NCBI RefSeq assembly: GCF_004010195.1
Contig: NC_057740.1
Location: 19,817,949-19,881,948, forward strand
Direction: 5' to 3'
Length of the DNA: 64,000 nt
From: Chiloscyllium plagiosum
Lineage: Eukaryota
In this document: one piece after another, positions 48,669-60,600 of the stretch
Position numbering within the stretch: the stretch's first letter is position 1
Layout: each line of letters opens with the position of its first letter
Translations under genes and position numbers: made by a program
Notes under the pieces: generated by a model
What the model saw: only the letters and a program-made list of their open reading frames with translations
The model's database searches: none
What the model was told of the DNA's origin: nothing

Positions 48669-51600
48669 CTGAAAGATTAAAATGCTGGTTACTAAACATA
48701 TGAGAAGTACCATAACCTATTAAGTAAAATATGATTCCCCCTCTATTACCACTCTGACCACTGAACCTTTGGCTCCTGATCTGTTGCACCCAATTTTCAC
48801 TTGGGTATTGAGAGGTGAGTCTCTGATCTGAATATTGACCAATGTGACTTCAGAATTTCTATATATAACCTTAAATTTCTTTTTATCAGGTGATGTTAGT
48901 GATCTGATGTGGTTGGAGAACCTCCCTTATTTGCTCATGTTTCTTTCTTTCTGAAGAAAGGCTCTATCTTGAACAATGGCCAGATATTTTTCTCCACAAA
49001 TGCGAATTTGATCCAGCTCTTCATTTTAATGTTAATGCATTTATGCTTGAGGAGATCTTTAGAGGAAGCATTAGAATTTGTTCTGCATTACAACAGCAAT
49101 TATGCACTGCTGAATCTTGGAGACAAGTGATTCTTATAATTGATTTGGCTCATGATGTTATATAGCATGCCTTTATTCTGACCTTCTGCAATTTTCCAAC
49201 GTATACTCTATATTTCTAGAGTTCAGCACTGTGCACAATATTGAATAATCTGTTGTACATACCAGTAAAGCTCCGAGGATGAACAGGAATAGAATGAGGA
49301 GTATGCCTAGAACGATGAGTATGATTCCCCAGTATGGAATTTCTACTTTGCTGTCAGAAATTGGTGCTTTAGCTTCTACATAAATAAAACACAGGTTGCA
49401 AAACAATTAAATGTGAAATATATGTGAATTAAATCTTGCAGTGCATGTGATGTGCAATAACTTATAGTGTGCACTGTTCAGTCAAGTTGTCAGTAAGTTG
49501 GAAACTATATGGGATCATTCTACTTTTTTTTTATTTTGGATGAGGACAACTATTGTTAAAAGCAATTTGGCTCCGAGAGAGAGAACTACATCATAGTTCT
49601 GCTTCTCTGAGCAAGACTTTTATTGGAAGTAAGGAACTGTGCCTTATACGGCCTTATTTGAATGAATTCAACCATGCAACTCATAACAGACTACTTTGAA
49701 AAGACTGTCCACTATATATTGTGCGAAGTGTTAATTTCAACTTCAGATGAATCCAAAATGTGTCATATAGCTTTGGTAAATAGCCTCAGTAGCATTAGTC
49801 CAACTATGATAGACTGGATAAAGCATTCAAATGTACCAGTGATGGTGTCAGACAGTGGCTGTGTTGCCAATACCACCTCTGACAGCACTGTTGGTGTACC
49901 TACACTGAAGGAACTAGAAAGGCTGTAAAGGCAGCTTACTGCCACTTTCTCAAATATAATGAGAGTTGGGCATTAACACTGGTCTTGCTAGTGATGTCCA
50001 AATCCCAAGAACAAATTAAAACAATCTAGCTGATGCATTGTACAGAAGTACTTGTTTCACTCAGCCAGAGATAAAGATATGCAGACGGAAAAGGTATCAA
50101 AACTATCTGCATCACAACAAATCTGCAGTCTGGCATAACATTCATAAAGCAATTTTTTTAACGGACAAATATTAAATTATGTGAGATACTATTAATCAAT
50201 CTGTTCTGAAATGTTATGGTACACTTAAGGAATAGGTGGGATTTGAATCTTGGTATTCTAGCCCAGAGGTGGGGACACTACCAGAGTGCCACAAGAGGCC
50301 TAAGAAATCTCAATTGTCATCAAAAAGGTTAGAACAGACCAAGCATGACTGGGAATTTAAATTATAAATTGACCAGCGACTGAGCAGGAACAGCTGCTCA
50401 GTCAGCATTTAATATGTCAGGTAAGAATTTAGAATTGTTTGCGCCCATTGGGCAATATATTGAGTATAGACAGTGAAACATGTAGATTGGTGCCTAGTAT
50501 ATTGGCAGCAGTGATGATGATCTGTTATGTCTCACAATCAGTATGTGGGTACACCTTTAAGAGATACAGAGTGTCAATTAACCATTAAGTGACATAGAGT
50601 CATAGAGATGTACAGCATGGAAACAGACCTTTTGGTTCAACTTGTCCATGCTGACCAGGTAACCTAAATTAATCTAGTCCCATTTGCCAGCACTTGACAC
50701 ATATCCCTCTAAACCCTTCCTACTCATATACCCATCCAGGTGCCGTTTAAATGTTGGAATTATTGTTGTAAGAGCCTTTGCCATTTCTTCTGGCAGCTCA
50801 TTCCATATACGCACCACTCTTTGCGTGAAAAAGTTGCCCCTGAGGCCCCTTTTTAAATCTTTCCCCTCTCACCCGAAACCTAAACTCTCTAGTTCTAGAC
50901 TCCTCCACCCCAGGGAAAAGACCTTGTCTATTTACTCGATCCGTGCCCCTCATCATTTTATAAACCTCCATAAGGTCACCCTTCAGTCTCTGACACTCCA
51001 GGGAAAAAAGTCTCTCCCCATAGCATAAGCCCTCCAATCCTGGCAATATCCTTGTAAATCTTTTCTGAATATTTTCATGTTACACAACATCCTTTCTACA
51101 GGAAGGAGACTAGAATTGCATATAATATTCCAAAAGTTGCCTAACCAATGTCCTGTACAGCCACAACATAACCTCCCAACTTTGATCTTCCATGTCCTTC
51201 TCCACAGTAAACACTGATGCAAAATATTCATTTAGTATCTCCCCCATCTCCTGTGGTTCCACACATAGGCTGCTGTGCTGATCTTTGAGGAGCTCTATTC
51301 TCTCCCAGTTCCCCTTTTGTCTTTAATGTATTTATAAAATCCCTTCAATTCTCCTTAACCGTACTTACCAAATCTATCTCATGTCCCCTTTTTACCTTCC
51401 TGATTTCCCTCTTACTCCTACTGAATTTATACTCTTCTAAGGAGACTTTTTATCTATCCTGTCTATACCTGACATATGGTTCCTCTCTTTGTTTACTATA
51501 ACCTCAATTTCTCCAGCATTCCCTACACCTACCAGCCTTGCAATTCACCTTAACAGGAATATGTTATCTCTGGACTCTCGTTATTTCATTTCTGAAGGCT

Positions 51601-54600
51601 TCCCTTTTTCTAGCCGTCCCTTTACCAGTGAACGTCTGCGCCCAATCAACATTTGAAAGTTCTTGCCTAATACTGTCAAAATTGGCCTTTCTCCAATTTA
51701 GAACTTCAACTTTTCCATTTGGTCTATCCTTTTCCATCACTATTTTAAAACAAATAGAATTATGGTTGCTGGCCCCAAAGTGCTCCCCCACTGACACCTC
51801 AGTCACCTGTCCTGCCTTATTTCCCAAGAGTGGGTCAAGTTTTGCACCTTCTCTAGTAAGTATATCCACATATTGAATCAGAAAACTTTCTTTTACACAC
51901 TTAACAAATTCCTCTCCATCTAAACCCTGAACACTATGGCAGTCTATGTTTGGAAAATTAAAATCCCCTACCATTACCAAACTATTATTCTTACAGCTAA
52001 CTGAGATCACCTTACAAATTTGATTCTCAATTTCCCTCTGACTATTAGGGAGTCTATAATACAATCCCAATAAGGTGATCATCCCTTTCTTATTTCTCAG
52101 TTCCACCCAAATAACTTCCCTGGATGTATTTCTGGGAATATCCTTCCTCAGAATAGCTGTAATACTATCCCTTATCAAAAACACCACTCCCCCTCCTCTC
52201 TTGCCTCCCTTTCTATCTTTTCTGTGGCATTTGTATCCTGGAACATTAAGCTGCCAGGCCTATCCATCCCTGAGCCACATTTCTGTAATTGTGATGATAT
52301 CCCAGTCCCATGTTCCTAACCATGCCCTGAGTTCCTCTGCCTTCCCTGTTAGGCCTGTTGCATTGAAATAAATGCAGTTTAATTTATGTCGTTCTTTGTT
52401 TTGTTCCTGCCTCCTTATTAGTTTAAATCCTCCGAAGCAGCTCTAGCAAATCTCCCTTCCAATTCAGGTGCAATCCGTCCTCCTTATGCAGGTCACTTCT
52501 ACCCCAGAAGAGATTCCAATGATTCAAAAATGTGAACCCTTCTCCCTTGCACAAGCTCCTCAACCATATCCACTTGCTCTGTCCACCTATTGCTACCCTC
52601 ACTAGCTCGTAGCACTGGGAGTAATCCAGATATTACTACCTTTGAGGATCTCCTCTTCAAATTCTTGACTAACATTCTATATTCTCTCTTCAGAACCTCA
52701 TCCTTTTTCCTTCCTATATCATTAGTTCCAATGTGTACAAGGACCTTGTGCTGGTCCCACTCACCTTTGAGAATATTCTGCACTCTCTCCATGATATCCT
52801 TGATGCTGGCACCAGGGAGGCACCACACCATTCTGATTTCTTGCTGTTGGATGCAAAAGCTTCTGTTGTGCCACTGACTAGATGGCTTGGAACCTGATGT
52901 ACCCCTATCACGATCGATTGCTTGGAACCTGACGTACCCCTCATGACATTAGAGCCAGTCTTGGTACCAGAAACTTCACTGTTGATGTTACATTCCCCTG
53001 AGAACCTGTCACACGCTACATTTTCCAAAACAGCATATTTGTTTTGAGATGGGGATAACCACAGGAGGCTCCTGCTCTATCTGCCTCCCTGTCCTATCTT
53101 TCCTGGCAGTAATCCATCTGCAGTTTTTCTTCTTTCCCATAATTTCATACTTCCTATCCATCACCCCCCCATCTCCTGTAAATTCCTCATTGCCTCTAAT
53201 GATGCTCCAACCGATCCATACGATCTGATAGGATTCACAACCAAACATACTGCAGACATAATCATCAGTACCATGGAAATTCTCCCTAATGTCCCACATC
53301 CAACACGAAGAGCATATCGCTCTACTATAGGCCATCTTTGCACCTTAACAATCTACAGAAAATAGCACAGTCTTACTACTCTAAAAAACACTGCTGCAGG
53401 CTAAGTTAGTATCTATGTTTTATATTTAATCAAGAGACAGATCTCAATAAAACACATAACCAGAAAGAACCCACTACTCACTATTAAAAAAAGACAGCAA
53501 TGTTACACTTCAAAACTAGGCACTTACACTTAAAAACAAGGCATTCAAAATTAATCAGTTCTGAAAAGAAGTATTAGGGTATTCCTTTGACCCAGTCAGA
53601 TGAATAGGCCCCAAGGTGGTGCCATCACCTTCCCAAAGACAACCAAAATGCCTAAAGAGTGGGGATCAACATCATTGACCAAATTAAGTTTTACAAGATA
53701 TGGGTAAAAAAACAGAACTACGAGTGATGTGAATGACCAGCAGGAATGAATGAATGATTTTTATTGTCACATGTATTTGGGGAAATACAGTGAAAAGTGT
53801 TTGTCGCCACAATCTGGCACCATTTTGGACAGCATGCACACATTGCCTCATTCCCACCCACCCCCAATCCCGCCTGCTGTGAGCATGCTCATATTGCCTC
53901 TTCTCCCCTTCCTGGGAATCTAAGGTACTTCATTGGCTCAAAAACAAAGGAAATGTCCTGCAAAAGGAAATTTTCCAGAGAAATGAAAATCAGGTTCAGG
54001 TAAGGTTTAGGAAAATAAAAATATAATGACAACATTTCGAGGTGAGGTCGAAGAGAATAAATGCAGGTTTTAGATCATGAACGTGAAGATGCAAGGATTT
54101 GAAGCAGAAGTCAATCTCAATGCGGTAACAGATATTTTGATAAGGGGAAACATCTTGCCTTGGTTGAAGTCTGCAAGTTCAGTCAGTGAAATTTAAAAAA
54201 AATGTCCAGGAAGTGCAGATGTTCAGGTTACTGGGCAAACCATCACAAAATGTGGTTATAAAAGATGAGGTGTTGATGTGTGACTCCATATACTAAAGAA
54301 TCATATTTCATTGTTAAGCAGCAATGCACATATTTGTCGAAGTCTGTTGGAGAGAGTGGATGCAATTTTTCAGAATTAAGACAGGACAGAATCCCAGCCA
54401 GAATTTGCAAAATTATTCAAAGGCTGAAGCAAATTGAAGCATAATTATCATGTAACTCTGCAAGTAGATTTAAGCCCACCTATTTTTATGCTGTCAGGAA
54501 AATTCCTCATCCTTTGATGAGGAAGGTAAAATTACACTTAGACTACATGAATGCAAGTGGAGACACATCACCAGACACAATGATGCCCAGGGCTAGTGAC

Positions 54601-57600
54601 AATCCCCAAGACAAATAGAGAACTAAGATTATGCATGGATCTCACTATTGAATAAACGAGTTAAATGTCCACCTTATTTTGTCTGTTGATGTTAGTTTGG
54701 CAAAATTGACAACAAACATGCCTTTCACAAAATTGGAAGAAAACAGTTCATTTCAGCATATGTCCTTACACCATGAGTCAAGATTATTGACTATGTTTAC
54801 TACACTGTTTCAGCAGTATTGTTACAGCAGTGTCTACCAGCTACAAGATGAACTACAGAAATTCGCTAAGGTTCTTGAGACAGCATTTTCTAAATCCATG
54901 GCTACCAGTATCTAGAAAGACAGAGCAGCAGATACATGGAAACATCACCATCTGCAAATTCCCTCCAACACACACACCATCCAAACTTGGAAACCTATCG
55001 CTGTTCTTTCTGTGTTGCTGGTGAAAGTCCTGGAGCTCCCTTCCTAAAGGTATTGTGTGTACACATACACCAAATGGACTGTAGTATTTCAAGAACATAG
55101 CTCACTACCATCTTCTCAGAGGAAATATGATGGACAATAAATGATGCCCACATCCCATTAGTGAATAAAGAAAACTCACAAACTTGATTGAGTTTTTTGA
55201 TGAAGTAACAAAGAAGATTGAGGGCAGAGCAGTAGATGTGATCTATATGGACTTCATTAAGGCGTTCGACAAGGTTCCCCATGGGAGACTGATTAGCAAG
55301 GTTAGATCTCATGGAATACAGGGAGAACTAGCCATTTGGATACAGAACTGGCTCAAAGGTAGAAGACAGAGGGTCGTGGTGGAGGGTTGTTTTTCAGACT
55401 GGAGACCTGTGACCAGTGGAGTGCCACAAGGATCNNNNNNNNNNNNNNNNNNNNNNNNNNNNNNNNNNNNNNNNNNNNNNNNNNNNNNNNNNNNNNNNNN
55501 NNNNNNNNNNNNNNNNNNNNNNNNNNNNNNNNNNNNNNNNNNNNNNNNNNNNNNNNNNNNNNNNNNNNNNNNNNNNNNNNNNNNNNNNNNNNNNNNNNNN
55601 NNNNNNNNNNNNNNNNNNNNNNNNNNNNNNNNNNNNNNNNNNNNNNNNNNNNNNNNNNNNNNNNNNNNNNNNNNNNNNNNNNNNNNNNNNNNNNNNNNNN
55701 NNNNNNNNNNNNNNNNNNNNNNNNNNNNNNNNNNNNNNNNNNNNNNNNNNNNNNNNNNNNNNNNNNNNNNNNNNNNNNNNNNNNNNNNNNNNNNNNNNNN
55801 NNNNNNNNNNNNNNNNNNNNNNNNNNNNNNNNNNNNNNNNNNNNNNNNNNNNNNNNATGGATAGGATAAATAGGCAAAGTCTTTTCCCTGGGGTTGGGGA
55901 GTCCAGAACTAGAGGGCATAGATTTAGGGTGAGAGGAGAAAGATATAAAAGAGTCAAAAGGGGCAATTTTTTCACGGAGAGGGTGGTACGTGTATGGAAT
56001 GAGCTGCCAGAGGATGTGGTGGAGGCTGGTACAATTGCAACATTTAAGAGGCATTTGGATGGGTATATGAATAGGAAGGGTTTGGAGGGAATGGGCCGGG
56101 TGCTGGCAGGTGGGACTAGATTGGGTTGGGATATCTGGTTGGCATGGACGGGTTAGACTGAAGGGTCTGTTTCCATGCTGTACATCTCTATGACTCTATG
56201 ACTCTATTTGCCATTTAGGATCTCCTGTTTAGTAGAGATTCCCAAAAGAGGAATGTCTGGAATTATAGAAGGGAAGCTGTGGGCAATTTGCTATTTGGAT
56301 GATATCCTCATCCATCGTAAAACAAAGAAGGACATGACCAAAAAGACATGTACATGTTAGGGCAATACAAAATGCAGGCTATACACCTTATGAGATATGC
56401 CAGTTTTCCAGAATGATGATTACATTCTAAGGATACTAATCCAAAAATCAAGGCATCGGAGAGAATCCAAGGAAGACCAGTAATGAATTTAAAGCACTGA
56501 AGTGTATTAATGATGTAAATTGCTTCTTTGGCATGGTGAATCAAGTGGGAATCTTTATGCCTAATTTATCAGTTTTATCCAACCCATCAGAGAGCTTTCA
56601 ATGAAAGGCCAGCATTGGTATTGGAGTCAGGAACAGATTGCTGCTTTTAAGAAGATGAAAACAAGCTTTTTCCTACTGATAAACTTGCACAATACAATCC
56701 AAGCTTATTCACTATTGTAGCCACAAATGTGGGACTTGGAGTAGTCCTTACCTAATTGGAAACTGATGGAAGAAGAAAACTTTTATACATTTTAGATCAA
56801 GAGTTTTGATATAAACTGGACTGAGGTAGACAACCACAGGGAAAGAACCATTAGCAGGGATGCAAAAGTTTTATAGCCTTTCTTGTGGGACTTTTATTCC
56901 TGCTAATATTATTGGGATTGAAAGAATCTGAAAAATGCCTTTCCATAGACAAAGATTCAGAATTAGACTAATGAGATACAAATATGTCACAGGCTACATT
57001 GCAGGCAACACGCTTATAACAGGAGATAGCAGCAGTAGAACAAACAGAAAAGGAAGATCTATTCTTGTAGAAGAAATGCAGTTGTATTCTAAAGCAATTA
57101 CTAACACTCTCCTGGCAACTGAAAGAAAACTCAGAGCAATTCCTGCAGATCAAAAATTTAACAAGGAAAGCACAAAAGTCGGACAAAGCTATCTGCAAGG
57201 GTGGTTAAAACTTAACCCAGCAGACCAAGTGCTGAAGTGTATTGAAAAACAGTAATAGAGTCGAGAGTGTAGTGCTGGAAAAGCACAGCAGGTCAGGCAG
57301 CATCTGAGGAGCTGGAGAATCGACATTTCGGGCATAAGCCCTTCATCAGGAATCAGGCTTATGCCTGAAACATCAATTCTCCTGCTCCTCGGATGCTGCC
57401 TGACCTGCTGTGCTTTTCCAGCACCACATTCTCGACTCTGATCTCCAGCATCTGCAGCCCTCGCTTTTTCCTATAAAACCGCTACTAGGCAATAATAGAA
57501 GTCTTATTTGTATTCGACTGTTTGATTAAGGTCAATGAAATGATAGATTTTACAAGAAACTCTATGGGGAACATTTAGACATAACTAAATGTATGGCAGG

Positions 57601-60600
57601 AGTTAAACATGTCAGTTAACATGTCAGCCAGGCAATTTAAAACAAAATTATATTTCTTCATGCCATACATACGTCAAAAAAAGTTAAGAGCCATTGATTT
57701 TCTCAAGATTTCGAGGTAGGCCATGGGCAGATGCATCCATTTTTTTGTACGACAGTGATCCAGCCTTGATTCATATTATTTGGTTCTTCAAATGAAATAT
57801 TTAGGAATAATCCAATTAGAGTTGATACTTTACCCACTGTCAAGCTGTTATTTTTTAGCTGATAGACATTTCCAAGTAAGTTTGTTGCATTTGTTCCAGT
57901 AGCGAATTCTTTTCTGACTTTTTCTGCTGTTACTAGTTCATTTGCATCGTCAGGGTTGAAGTAGCTCAAGCAGGTGCATTTAACTGATCCACGTCTGATG
58001 AGAAAATTCAAAATAAAAGAAAATTTGAATCTTTTTCTCTCCATAACTGTGCACAACCCAAATGGATGAGTAACTTGACAATATGCACATGATGTTCTGA
58101 TTTAATACTAAAGATGTAGTGATTCAGTACCTGCATATCAAGTTTGAATCAAACTATCTTATCCTTTCAAAATACCTTTGCAAGTAAAACATTGTAGTAA
58201 TAGGACTGTACTTTTTTCTGCGCCATTATGTTCTCTAGAGATGTTCAGGATTTTGTAATGCATAGGACACATTCTGAGACCAGGTTTTATCTCAGTTGTT
58301 CCCCATAGGGCAGAATTCACAGAGCAAAATGTATCAGGAAACTGTTTTGAACAATATAGCTGTATTTACATCTCTTTACATTAAATATTTATTTCTTGTG
58401 TTGCTGGCGGTTGACCCAGATTACCTTGAACAAAGCATACAGATTTTGCGCAATAGCTGGCTAGATGAACTGTCTGTACAGATGATTAGACCAATAGCTA
58501 CAAACAGGAGGGTGGCAGGAGCTGTCAGAATAATCACCAGCAATATGAGTGGGCAGCATTCTGGGCCGTGGTCAGACTGGTAGAGTAATTGGGTGGGAGG
58601 AATCAAAGACCAGGATTGTAAATGTGACTGGGGTAGGCAAGGTTTTCCTTATGACTAAAGGTCATCACTTTGTTTCATCTCAATGGTACAACAAACCTCT
58701 TACCTCAACCCTATAACTTTAGAGGTGCGGTAACTCTTCTTTAAAGAGCTCTTCTTAAACAATCCTGAAAGCTGAAAAATATATACCATAGTAAACACAG
58801 ATTGCATACTTCATAAGAAATCTGAATTAAATATTCCTGAAAATGTCAAAGATCTATTGAATTGATCTTACTAAAAAGAGCACAGATTAAGAATTGAATA
58901 ACACTCCACCAATAAAATGAATTTGAAGTGTGAAAAAGATGCATAATTAATACTATTAGTTATGAATTTTGGATTGTTCAAATTGAATCAGATGGGTTTT
59001 AGTTTCAATTCTGTGAAGGTCCTGATTTCTTAAAGGTGTCAAAAAGTGACATATATACATTACTTCCAAGAAAGAATGTGATTCAATTCAGTGTGTAGCT
59101 GATAAGAATGGTGTTAATTAGAACAAAGAACAAAGAAAATTTACAGCCTTCGGCACTCCAAGCCTGAGCTGATCCAAATCCACTGTCTAAACCTATCGCC
59201 CATTTCCTAAGCATCTGTATCTCTCTGCTCCCCACCGACTCACACATCTGTCCAGATGCATCGTAAATGAATCTACCGTGCCTGCCTCTACTACCAGGCA
59301 CCTACCACCCTCTGTGTAAAGTACTTTCCATGTGTATCCCCCTTAAACTTTTCAGCTCTGACCTTGAACGCATGACCTCTCGCTATTGAATCCCTCACCC
59401 TGGGAAAAAGCATATCTCTGTCTATACACTTCATGATTTTGTAGATCTCAATCAGCTCCCTCAATCTCCTTTTTTCTAATGCACCTTCCATACCAGGCAA
59501 TATCCTTGTAAACCTTCTCTGCACCCTCTCCAAAGCGTCCCCATCCTTTTGGTAATGTGGCGGCCAGAATTAATAAAATGTTTACACTGTTTTGTTTCCG
59601 TTCAGGAAAATCAGGAAATCAGTTCATGAGAACAGTTCCTCCTAGCAAAAGAGTTCCAGTTTGTGAAGTTTCAATGCTGTGAGAGTTTGCAGAGAAGTTT
59701 TCAATTTTTCAGAACTGAAAAGAGCCATCACAACTGTAAGGAGGTCAAGCCAGAATAAGTAGAAAGCAGCTATAAAACTGTCATAGCAGCCCAAGAAGAT
59801 GGAACTGCACACAGTCAGTTAAGTAAGAAAGAATGAGTTGAGAAAGGAATGATATTTCTCTGGGACTTAATAGCTACAAAGGATATTGGTGGAAAACAGG
59901 TAGAAACTTCATTTTGCTGCTTCTATTAAGATCTTTATGACATACCTTATATGTCCTAATTTTTTTCTTTTGTGTAATTAACCTGTATCCTTGTGTTAAA
60001 GAATATAGCAATTCAGTGACTAACCACCAATTGTAAAAATGAAATTTGTAATCTATCAAGCTACATTTCACTCTGAGATTTGACTCATCCAGAATTGCCA
60101 TCAGGTGGGATTATAACAAAAGGCAAGTGATGTATTTGATCTTCTGGACAAGAAGTTTACATTTAAAACACAGAATAAAAAATAATCCTTACCATCCTGG
60201 TAATATTGGCTGTAATGCTTTGGTATTCAGGGGAATTTGTGTCATTAAGTGCTTCAGTAAAATTTCTGTTTATTATTGTGAAGTTAAGCTCAAATGGCAA
60301 GTCTCCTTCCCGGATTGCAGGTAACGTTATAGTTGGTGTTACAGTTGGTTTCAATTCTTGATAACCTAAAGTTAAGATATGAAATGTAAATATGTTGCCC
60401 AAGGCTTCAACAAGAAATTCAGTTATAATTGAGAATCTGAAATGTACTAGTTCCAAGGAAAGCATTCAAGATTAGTTTTCCTTTTGATCATCAATTCATT
60501 TTGTGGGAGTAATCCATATTGAATGATTTTCTTTAGCAGTCATCATTTACGTCCTGATTATTCATTTAAAATATATAAAAATTGGGGAGAAGCAGGAGAC

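Larger units (their letters stand above)
53930..57745 (+). mobile_element. Decayed Gypsy pol (RT, RNase H, integrase Zn-finger), split by later LINE and PLE insertions; in mucin intron
   Basis: RKIPHPLMRKVK, SVDVSLAKL..FTKLEENSSF..ESRLLTMFTTLF, YLDD at 56292-56303, MPFHRQRFRIRLMRY, HLDITKC, EPL..RPW. Confidence 0.8.
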
